A DNA stretch of 63,023 bases, the filler included, from Ginglymostoma cirratum (taxonomy: Eukaryota), in the NCBI GenBank assembly GCA_024137785.1. It is 4 parts of 4 records of this genome, joined end to end, with 100 filler letters (N's around TTAATTAATTAA, not from the genome) between each part and the next. Parts side by side here need not be neighbours in the genome. Positions count along the whole stretch, not along the records: positions 48,237 to 63,023 come from JAHRHZ010000115.1; 3 more parts are not named here. One strand, written 5' to 3'. Shown here in pieces: positions 53,542 through 63,023 of the stretch (position 1 is its first letter; the number at the start of each line of letters is the position of its first letter). Both the position numbers and the translations under genes were made by a program. The notes beneath the pieces were generated by a model that was given only the letters and a program-made list of their open reading frames with translations, was not told where the DNA came from and searched no databases.

Positions 53542-53613
53542 AGACGCTAGTGAAATTAAAATAACCGCCTCTGGCTTACAAGACCAGCGATCTACAGTCT
53601 GAGCTATAGAATC
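53542..53613 (-). pseudogene. tRNA-Thr(UGU)-derived pseudogene
   Basis: GATTCTATAGCTCAGACTGTAGATCGCTGGTCTTGTAAGCCAGAGG.. keeps the D arm and anticodon arm (CTGGT-CTTGTAA-GCCAG); T arm decayed. Confidence 0.65.
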
Positions 53614-53958
53614 TAATACACATGCACAACTGGAATAGAGGAAAAAAACTTAGTCCAAACAACATAATCAGATACAAGTGTAATATAACGGGAACACGGT
53701 CTCATGCAAGATAAAATGTAATAAAGTGGATCACTGAATGACCCGTGTAACATAAACTAAGGCAGCCAAATTAACAAAGCTGACACAGGGACAGAAGAAG
53801 CGATAAGCAGAAGGATGGGCGAATGCAATCGCGAATCACACAGGGTACTGAGCAACAGAAACAGAGACGTGAACAATTGTGATTCAACATCACGAGAGAC
53901 GGTATATTAGAATCCGAGGCATAAACATATACTTATCTGGGTGCATTCTGTTGTCCAT

Positions 53959-54517
53959 CGCTGTGAGTCTGAGCTCTCAGTAAATCATTGGAGATTCAGT
54001 TAGTTTTAGTCACGGGAACGTGATAAATTTATTCTGAAAATGCTCCACCGGACTGGAAACATTAACTCATCTTCCTCTCGACAGATGCTGCCGGAACTGC
54101 TGAATTCCTTGGCCAATTGACATGCTTGTTTGCATGCATTCACTGCCTGGAGTTCGACAGAGAAGCAGGATTGAGTGAAATCACCTCAAAATCAGACTCT
54201 CTTGTTTTCACGGAATAACCTCGGGCTTCGAGTATAGGTGTTCCGAGGGCGAGCATAAATAATAGTCTTTCAGGGTAGTGTCGGAGAATAGCTTAAATTC
54301 GCCACATGTCCTTCCGCCTGAAGACAGCGATTGAATAACGGAATCTCCATGACGTAGATCTGAAACGATGTTTCAATAAGGAAAAGATACAATCGATGGA
54401 TACTACAAATTCAGATTCAAATAACGTTCCAGAAATGAGAGAATTGATGGAATGTGTTCAATATGTAATTATAGGCAGAAATACCATCCACACAACCCAG
54501 AACCCGAGTAGCAGCAT
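53959..54517 (-). pseudogene. TCR alpha/delta V pseudogene interrupted by a short repeat
   Basis: Leader MLLLGFWVVWMVFLP at 54517. V starts at 54359 (DLRHGDSVIQS..), is frameshifted, carries a repeat insertion at about 54040-54130 and ends LKLTESPMIY*ELR followed by heptamer CACAGCG (53965-53959). Confidence 0.72.
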
Positions 54518-55110
54518 TGTCCTGACTGCACTGTAAAAAGAAGGTGGATATTTTAATCTGCTGCCTTGTCACAGGCTGCTCTCACCTCACTGCCTTGTGT
54601 CACCGGTGGTGCAATGAGACTGGGAGCGAGTGAACTGTCTGTCAGTGAATAGAAACTCACCGATCTGGACGGTAGGCTTTCAGGACAGATGGTTCAGTCT
54701 TACAGAAGAAATGGTGTCAAATAAAGTTGCGTCTCCATTTTTCAAAATTATTTCACAGATAGTGCAAACGGATTCGGCTATCACACATGGCAACAGCAGC
54801 CAGCACATGCACGGCACATACTCATGTGACATGGTCAATGTTGTCTAATAAAACATACGCTGCAGGCAAGGATGCCCTGAGGAATTTCCATAATAGGTAA
54901 ATAGAAAGGTAAGTGAAAAGTATGCTCCGGGGATCAGAAGACACTTTCCCCAATGTTGCATCTGTGGCTCCTGGCTGACCAACGATCTAGATTGATATGA
55001 ATTCAGTAGATGTTGGTAATATTTATAAAATCGAAGTTTGTCCTGAGTTTTCTCACTTTCCGAACGTTGCAACAATGTTTTAATACAAGGTTCATTTTGG
55101 TTTTTGTCTC

Positions 55111-55556
55111 TACAGTGTTTCTCGGCCCGCAGGAGTGTGCTGCAGTCAGACAGTCGCAGCTCACCAATGGTGAAATTCTCGTCAGTTTTCGAAATGTCCA
55201 GAAATGCAGAAAACCTAATGGCAACGCCATTCTGGCCTGAAAACATCTCGGTAGTTACGGATGTAGAGAAGGAATGTAGGGGATTTACCGATATCTTGAC
55301 GATACAATCGTAAGCAATGTTTGTCAGCTCTGGCAGAATAACTGACCGAATGGTCGCCGAATCTCCTTCAAACCACATCACTCTAATCTGCTCTCGTGAG
55401 ACCGAGTCTGCACGCTTAACATCTACATAAAATCAGAAGGAAACGGTTATTAAAGCTTGCATCCTCTTTTTATTGTAATCAATATCATGAAGGTCAGGGA
55501 ATACGTTGAAAATAGAGAGAACTGCAGTAAAAGTGAGTATCGATGAGGGTGAGCAT
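55111..55556 (-). pseudogene. TCR alpha/delta V pseudogene (frameshifts)
   Basis: Frameshifted leader from 55556; V exon from 55422: DVKRADSVSREQ..EGDSATIR / SYS..LYRQDIGKSPTFLLY / RFSAFLD..FTIGELRLSD / AAHSCGPR, then degenerate heptamer CACTGTA. Confidence 0.8.
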
Positions 55557-56039
55557 TTTTCAACTTGAGAACTTAATAGTTAAAACGGCTGCAGCAGTGA
55601 GGAATGAGTAAATAAGAAAGGTTGACATGTTTGCAGAACTGATGGCAGAGTTGCACAGAGGGAGATGAAGCTGAATTGTTTAATCTCAGAGCTGATGTTG
55701 AGTCATATCCCTTATCGCTGCCAACTGAATTATTTCTGACAGATTCGCAAACGTCCGTCCAATCAGCTCACAGTTGCTTTGTTCTCCAGTCCATTACGCC
55801 CGATGTATTGTCAAAACAACATTGAAAACAAGAGCTGGAGAATGTAATTTACTCCACCGAACTAGCCGTTCCACTCAGTGGAGTTCGTATATTTCTCACA
55901 AACTGACGATTTTTCCCACAATTGTTTCCTTTAACATCCATTGATCTATCAATATTGGTATGAAATGAACTTGACTGAACAACGAAGACTCTTTTGGGGT
56001 AGTTAATAATAATGAAACTGCTATTTTCTTCAATGAGAG

Positions 56040-56290
56040 TCATCGAGTCACAGAGCACGAAAACAGACCCTTCGGTTCAACCAGTCTATTTCGATTGTAA
56101 TCCGAAACTAAACTAATCTCACCTGCCTGTGCTTGGCCTAGATCCCTCTTAATTTTTTTTTTATTCATGTATTTCACCAAATGTCTTTTAAACGTTGTTA
56201 CTGTATCCGCATCGATCACTTCCTCTGGCAATTCATTCCACACACTTGCCCGATGTGCAAAATAGACGAGTCTATCATGTCTTTTCATTC
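56040..56290 (-). mobile_element. CR1 3' end
   Basis: VWNELPEEVIDADTVTTFKRHL, the CR1 ORF2 C-terminus. Confidence 0.8.
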
Positions 56291-56565
56291 AATGTAGCTA
56301 ATCTTTGATTTCAGTTACTGATGGGTAATGGTAAGCTGTTACGGTAACACTACCAGAACTTTCTATTAAACGAGTTGATCGCTGACCATGGATAAAACTC
56401 GCAGCTGCTTTAAGCCGGCAGGTTATGTTGAATGTCCTGCATTCAGCACCATCGAAAGAGTTCCAAAAGGTGATGTGCTCTTTGTACTGTGATTTTGATC
56501 ATATTAACAATTCATAGTAAAAGATACAGATTTGATAAAGAGAAAGGAGGTGAGTGTGTCTTTTC

Positions 56566-56604
56566 AGTTTTTGTACGAGCTGACTGGGTCTCTGTCTCAA
56601 TGTG
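56566..56604 (-). promoter_or_regulatory. 23-RSS of the TCR alpha/delta V
   Basis: CACATTG, 23-nt spacer, ACAAAAACT. Confidence 0.92.
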
Positions 56605-57040
56605 GAGCTCAGAGCGCAGTAATAGATGGCTGAGTCAGACAGACGGGTTTCATTAATTCTCAAAGGGACCACTTTTTTGACTTTGTCCAAATTGGCAGAA
56701 AACCGGTCACGGAAAGCTGGTGAGCTCTCCCACTCTTCATCCTTGTACGCCCTCAGTAAATATCTCAGAGCTTCCCCAGGATGTTGGACGTACCAGAAGA
56801 GAGCAGTAGCAACCAACGATTTGTAACTACAGTTCAACATTACCGTTTGTCCTTCCTCAACCGGTAACTGAGGTGGGCTCTGGGAAACTGAATCTTGACT
56901 ACTCGTTCCTGTAACAAATACGGAAAAGTTGTTACAAGTATGTGAGTAAATGTAAGCGAAAGAATAGTTAGTGATGGTTTTCGTTCAGACTCACCATGCA
57001 GAAGAGTCATGATTATCAGGAATGTTCTCAGGGAAAACAT
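56605..57040 (-). CDS. TCR alpha/delta V gene segment; leader 57040-56995 and V exon 56908-56605; apparently functional
   Basis: Leader MFSLRTFLIIMTLLH(G)|GTGAGT (upstream in-frame ATG at 57055). V exon TSSQDSVSQSP..EEGQTVMLNCSY..LFWYVQHPGEALRYLL..DRFSANLD..LSDSAIYYCALS is open and followed by an RSS. Confidence 0.93.
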
Positions 57041-57761
57041 GACACCAGTTTCCATCTGATCAAACCAAAAAAAAGGAACTTTGTTTTAATATTTTTTGAT
57101 TAATCTGTTCAGAAATCTTATGAAACACCTGTTGTACGGGAGTTAAACCCAGGGCCTTCTGGCTTTGAGGTATGGACAACACCAGAACACCAAAAGACCC
57201 CGACAGTGTTCGTCTCATATGAAAGATTGAGCTCAGATCACGGACAGCCTTCAGTCATCGGGCAATTGAGGGGCGTTCCACCGTGATGTGATTGGTTGAT
57301 TTCTCCCTTCTGATCTTACCAGTTAACCAATCACTGTTGGATTCAGGACTCGGTACGACGTCTCTCAGGTCAGTGACCTGAGGTCCCTGAGATTGGTGAT
57401 GTCTTGAAACTTGTCCCAAAGTTTGAGATTCTCCAAGAAGTGCAAACACCCTCGCAAAATCTGCCGGGCAACGTCGCTCAGGTTGTTTCATGTTTCACGT
57501 CAGTCATTGCACAATGTTGTCGTCGTTTTGCCACTGGGTGTGGAAATGCCTCAATTTTATCTTGGTTTGAAGTAACCACGAAATGGCACATTCCCAACAC
57601 CGCAGGGATTAGTCAGAAGGAGAGAAAGCCCACTTGGACCATATTTACATTCACATTCATTCTCTGAACACTTTGTCCGGACTCAGCCTCAGTCGAGAGG
57701 AAATTTATCATGTAGCTGCTTCCGGCTGCATCTTCCACGACATGACATTTTCGATGGAACA

Positions 57762-58080
57762 GGGGGCAAGAACGGTGGCTCAGTGGTTCGCACTGCTGCC
57801 AGCGCCAGGAACCCGGGTTTGATTCCACCCTTGGGCGACTGTCTGTGTGGAGTTTGCACATTCTCACCTTGTGTGCGTGTGTTTCCTCCGGGTGTTCCGG
57901 TTTCCTCCCACAGTCCAAAGATCTGCTGCCTCGGTGAATTGGCGAAGCTAAATTGCCCAAAGTGTTCAGGGATGTGTAGGTTAGGTGGTTTATAGGGGGA
58001 TTGGTCTGGGTGGAACGCTCTGAGGGTTGGTGTGGACTTGTTGGACCGAAGGTCCTGTTTCCACACTGTAGGAATTCTAT
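57762..58080 (+). mobile_element. HE1-type shark SINE
   Basis: acggtggctcagtggtt..ccgggtttgattcc..tgtgtggagtttgcacattctc..ccacactgtaggaattctatg. Confidence 0.85.
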
Positions 58081-59223
58081 GAAAATTTATGAAACATTAC
58101 ATGAGAATGTATTCTGTTTTTAATTGGTGCATATTTACTTTGGGAATGAGTGTTTGTGGACGGAGATTTATTTCGTATCATTCCTCTGGTGCACCTGACG
58201 GCGTATGATACATAATTGTAATGGGACATTTTCTCAGTGCCAAGTCTGTTTTCTTTGTATTCGACAATCAGGTGCTGATTAATGTTTGTAAAAGTAACAT
58301 TGCTGAGGAACACAAGCACAAGCAGCAAAATATGCACTACTCGTGATTTGCGGAATCCAGGCTGGGATTATGAATGTGAAATCTATCTGATCAGTGTACA
58401 TGAGTACATATTATGTCAGTAACATAGCGACCAGAGAACGGAGACAAGTGGTCTCAGAATTTATACATAAAGCAAAACTTCCCCTTTTAATTACGTAAGT
58501 CGTGGTAACAACGCAATCAATGCATTAACAGTGAGAATTATTTGATAGAAAAATAATCCAGCCAAAATCATTCCACAATATTTGTGAAGAAACTGAAAGT
58601 CAATGTTTAAAAGACAGCATCGCATTGGATAGTACTGCAGCACATTTTCTGCGACCACAATTTACACAACTGTCATTTTAACTGTATCGCAGCTGACAGC
58701 TGGCATTACAGGATATATCTTTGTTAGTGAAACTTCACCTTGTATAATGGTGTTAAATAAAATCGTTGAAGCTCTCCGCTGTTTGAAGTCATACCGAGAA
58801 CAGACGAAATGGCTAGTGTTTGTTGGAGGTCAGTCATCTCAGCCCGAGGACGTCTTTACCGGAGTTACTCGGACGAATGCTAAGAACCCATTATTTTCAC
58901 CTACTTCATCAATGAGACTCTCTCCCACTTTGGCCAGGGACTGAAAGTACAGGCCTCAGTGTTGCTCCTTGACTGGGCTCATGCCGGCAAAGAGGACCCG
59001 CTCTCAGACCCTGTGAGCCTTCGAGAGCTAGGAGCCTTGCTTGGGAACTGACTGTATTGTTATGACCTGGGTTCTAAGAAGTCCGGCTGTTTGATGATGT
59101 TTGTACAATATTTAGCAGATTTTGTGTGTAAATGCAACAAGACCTGAATCGTATTCAAATCTGCCTCGAATAGTTTAAAGCAATGTTTACACTACCGTCT
59201 TCAACAAAAGACAGTCCAACTAT

Positions 59224-59699
59224 TCTCGCTGAAATACAATACATGGCACTTTCGGAGAAGGGAATTTTGCTGATCGTTAGTTCGGTGATCTTGTCAGTTT
59301 TATGAAGCATAGAAAAAAGTGGATCACTAATGCCGTTGCCTCTGTACACACTGCTCTTAAAAAGCCTAAACGGTAACTGTGGCGGCTGCCTGGGACGTTG
59401 AATGTAACAGTGTGCATAAGTGTTGAAATTCAAAATGCAAATTTATGTGACATTCTTTGCCTCATCAACTGTTATTTCAACAAATGGTTTTTCCACTGGA
59501 TCCTGCTGGCTCCAATCTAACATAAAATGCAGTAAGAAAGAAAAAACAGTCAGCATCAGCCTCATATTTATCAACATTATCGTCACCGTTACTATTATTT
59601 CAGCAACACATTGTCGTAGAAAAATAATCTTTTGCCAAGATTGAGATACTTACTGGGAATAGATATAACGATAAGGAACGGTTTGAGACATTTTCCCAT
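59224..59699 (-). pseudogene. TCR alpha/delta V pseudogene
   Basis: Leader MGKCLKPFLIVISIP|GTAAGT (59699-59654). V from 59516: WSQQDPVEKP..EAKNVT*IC..HCYIQRPRQPPQL..ELTISKIPFSESAMYC. In-frame stop, core Trp lost, no recognisable RSS. Confidence 0.8.
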
Positions 59700-59818
59700 G
59701 GTTCCCAATTGTATACCTCAGTAATGCAAGAAATCCTCTGGCCCAGCAGAAGAGCAGATCGCTGAACAATTGTGATTTTGATACAATCAATGTCAAGAAG
59801 TGGGAAGCTGCAGCAATC

Positions 59819-59910
59819 TGTGTGTGTGTGTATGTGTGTGTGTGTGTGTGCGCGCGCGCGCGTGTCTTTGCGTGTGTGCGTGAGTGTGTGGGTGAGAGAG
59901 AGAGAGAAAG
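59819..59910. repeat. Compound (TG)n(CG)n..(AG)n microsatellite
   Basis: Directly visible. Confidence 0.9.
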
Positions 59911-60991
59911 AAGGAAACAAAAGGTGTGTGCGGGGATTCTGTAGTCTCTAAATTTGACATCTGCGTGGTGAGTCTGAGCTGCGCTCAGCTGATATTTTGG
60001 AAGAAGTAATGGTTGCGTTTACAATCTGTGACCTGCTCTCGAAACACGACAGATATTACTCATCACGTTTCATTGCTATATGTTTTCAGTAACAGTTACA
60101 GTGTGTTTTAAATTTATCTGAACGGAAGTTTAAGCAGGGGAAGAAACCTTTCTAGTATCAAGGCGATTCTCTTTCCCCGGGATTGGGAAGGGTTGAAGGT
60201 GCAACGGGGAGAGAGCAGCAGTCACGGTAATATTCATCTGATCCGCTTTTTCTGCTTCACATACAGATACTATTATTTCATCCGTTAATTTGGGGAACTG
60301 TAAACGAAATTCTTATCATTTGATTTTAGATGTGGCAAAATGTATTGCTAATCTTAATGTCCATTGCGTAAATAAGGAAAGAAGTTTTAGCAAAACAACA
60401 TAGGACAATATAGATTGCAATGGCAGATGCTGGTTTCATTGTTGTTTACTGCACTGCCGACCAGGAGGCTCAGCGTAATTTTCCGCTGACAGATAGGCTG
60501 GTGTAACGTAAATTCAGTTCGTAATTCATCTGCAATTAGCTTGCTCCAGTAAAATGTTCATCGATTGGTACAAAATTAAAAAAAACCCAACATCGTTGAG
60601 ATAAAGAATGATGCTGAAGTTACCTGGTTCGGTCTAAATGTGGCTTCAGCCGTAGGCAATGCTGTTGACTCTTAATTGTGATTTAAGAATACTTGTGGGT
60701 GTTTGTAGTTTTATTCTTCGCCAAAAGTAAGTCAAAGCAGAGTCAGTTCTTATTTTTATTGTTGAAGTGGCCTGAGTCTTGATACCCAAGGGAGAAAAAT
60801 CTTAATGATTAGGTGAGTAGATGGCGCGATCAGGTCAATCATGATCTGACTGAATGACCAAGCAGCATGGTAGGTCTCAAGGGACTACGCTTACACCTGT
60901 GTAGATATGTATTTATGATTCCCTGCATAGATTGTCACGGAGACAATCACTTGCATTTCCTTGAACTCGTCCTTGATTTTAACAGACGTTC

Positions 60992-61339
60992 AGTTTTTGG
61001 ATTCGAGTGGAATGTGCCGAATAGACTGTTGATATCAGAGCGCAGTGATTCACGGCGCTATCTGTCATCTTCAACATTTTCAGGGGCAGTTGAAAATTCC
61101 TCCAGTCGGATTGAGTTTCCCTCTGAAATGTTCAAAGCAGGGAGTCTTTTCACTCTATCCATAACGGCTGACTGTGAGCAGATACTGAGGTGCTTGTTAT
61201 GGGTTCTGACGGGATCAGAACATTTCATACTACGCAACTGAATTCGATACTCGGTAACTGCAGACTATTGGTGAAGTTTCATCTGCTTCTGCTTGAACTC
61301 CTTGTTTTGCCTGGGGTACTGAGTCTCCATTACTCATCT
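60992..61339 (-). pseudogene. TCR alpha/delta V pseudogene with degenerate 23-RSS
   Basis: MSNGDSVPQ..IVCSY..MF*SRQNP*QAPQYLL..MTDSAVNHCAL with several stops and a frameshift. RSS AACAGTC, 23 nt, CCAAAAACT at 61030-60992. Confidence 0.85.
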
Positions 61340-62266
61340 CTGAAAGTAAGCGGCAAGCACACAGCAAGTGAAAACAAAGAAGGGAAGAAAATTAATCACA
61401 TGGAAGTGTTAATGGGAGACAATATGGACGCTAGGAAATGCAGCAGGGTGAGTCAAATAAAACAGACTAGTGATCACGGAGTTGAAAAGAGTTGGGCAAA
61501 GCTTCACGCTTATGGTTTCAGTCTCAAAACCTTGAACGGAAACAAAAACGTTGGTCAGCACCTGTCAGGTCTGGAACTGGAGAAGTTGAAACAGCAGGGG
61601 TTATGTTATGTGCTCGACTCGAATTCGAGTATGCCACCTATTTCGGATCCTCAGACTGTGACGTTTTGCAGAAAAAAGCTTAATGATCTGTTTTTAGTGA
61701 TCACCGCGCGCCCTCCTGTGGACCAAATGAAATTAGCCGGATGCTGTAATCTGCGCAGTGAATTAATCTCAATGGGGCACACTGGAAGCGTCGATTCCAG
61801 CTCATATTTCACCTGCTCTTACTTTCTAACTTACGTTCTTTCTTATGAATATGTGTAAGAGCAATTCTTGATCAATATAATGGAGAAGAGTGGGACACCG
61901 GGCTGGGCCTTGGTGAGGCATGATTCTTGGGGCTGACAGATAGTGCAGGGTGTGCGAAGCAATGTTTGGTGTTGGCTTGGCAGTATGTTGGGGACTCCTT
62001 TGTACTGGTTATAGCGCACATTATTTTGGGCAGAAGAGGGTGTCATTTTTTGATGGAAAAATGGAGCTGCAGGACAAATAATAATAGTTCATTCTATAGT
62101 CGTGAAGAGAATGGAGACTGGGCGACTGATTGTTTTAAAAAATTGCAAGCTATCATTTCCTGCAGCAATCAGCAATCTGTGTCCAACTTGGAAAGTTAAA
62201 TCATTCATTTGATTCAAACGTGACTGGTGAAAGTAAACAGCTCAGTTGCCATCTAATTCAAAGTTA

Positions 62267-62339
62267 AGGGAATTAGGTCAAATAGCAGAGTGCTTGCTTT
62301 GCATGTGTGAAGTAGCAGGATCAAAGCCTGTGCTCTCTG
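62267..62339 (+). pseudogene. tRNA-Ala(UGC)-derived pseudogene abutting an HE1 SINE
   Basis: AGGGAATTAGGTCAAATAGCAGAGTGCTTGCTTTGCATGTGTGAAGTAGCAGGATCAAAGCCTGTGCTCTCTG, colinear with vertebrate tRNA-Ala. Confidence 0.65.
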
Positions 62340-62622
62340 GGCGGCACGGTGGCTCAGTGGTTAGCACTGTCTCACAACACTACGCATCCGGGCTCGGTCC
62401 CATCTTGCGCGACTGTCTGCGTAGAGTTTGCACATTCACTGCGTGTCTGTATGGGTTTCGTCCCGAAGTTCAGAGTGGAGTAGGCGAGGTGATTTGCCAT
62501 ACTAAATGGTGCATCGGGGGCAGGAATGCGTAGAATAGGGGGACGCGCCTGGCTGGAATGCTTTGAGGGCTGTTGTCGACTTGTTCGGACGAAGGGCCTT
62601 TCCCAACACTGCAGGGATTCTA
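62340..62622 (+). mobile_element. HE1-type shark SINE
   Basis: ggcggcacggtggctcagtggttagcactg.. with the matching tail. Confidence 0.8.
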
Positions 62623-63023
62623 CTTCTGAATTTTGCATGGAACTGAACATTGAGATCCGATTGCCCTGTTGAAATGTTGCCATTGGAATCTGCAAAGACT
62701 TTTCTGATCTCAGAAACTGTGCTGTGATCTTATTGTATCTCATGTATTTCATCCTAGTAAGAGCTCATTAAAGTCCTACACATTTGGTGAGGCCTCAAAA
62801 CAGGCACTTTACTTCATTGAGGCATCATTCTGTTATCAGAAGCATTTTGTGGTTTCTGGAGCTGTTTCCTTTTTTCAGTTATATTTATCCTTTGCTTTCA
62901 ATGAGGCTGATTTGATTGTGCAAACATTTTAACATTTTTGGTCGTTCCTCAAATGTAACAGAAAAGTCTTCTAATGCAACTTTATTAGCATTTTCCAGGC
63001 ACTTTGTTTTCATTTTGGGTTTT

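Noticed and set aside
55099-55107. Perfect nonamer ACAAAAACC near a V pseudogene
   Set aside because: Only 3 nt from the positional heptamer; no convincing heptamer at 12 or 23 spacing at the V end.
60080-60400. Possible additional V relic on the - strand
   Set aside because: Only scattered hints (a CACACTG heptamer-like sequence); no Cys/Trp framework recoverable.
61190-61858. 222-aa ORF on the + strand
   Set aside because: No recognisable motif; overlaps the antisense strand and upstream region of a V pseudogene.

Overview
Eukaryotic, repeat-rich genomic DNA from a cartilaginous fish (shark-type HE1/Deu SINEs, CR1 LINEs and Penelope-like elements). It consists of four contigs joined by artificial 100-nt spacers (N44-TTAATTAATTAA-N44 at 28794, 44184 and 48137). 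The window is an immune-receptor region. Left part (+ strand): two paralogous non-rearranging Ig-superfamily genes. Each has a leader exon and a 321-nt V exon that already includes the J-like G strand, has no RSS, and is a compact domain with a short C'-C'' region. The second gene is followed by an antigen-receptor/MHC-type C1-set exon (L-VJ-C1). Right part (- strand): an array of RAG-rearranging TCR V segments with 23-bp-spacer RSSs, comprising one intact TCR-gamma-like V, one intact TCR-alpha/delta V and four V pseudogenes, interspersed with decayed tRNA genes. The main candidate system is a family of pre-joined VJ(-C1) antigen-receptor-like genes next to a TCR V array, with the caveat that this adjacency crosses an assembly spacer. 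Exon boundaries were read by eye; repeat boundaries are approximate.
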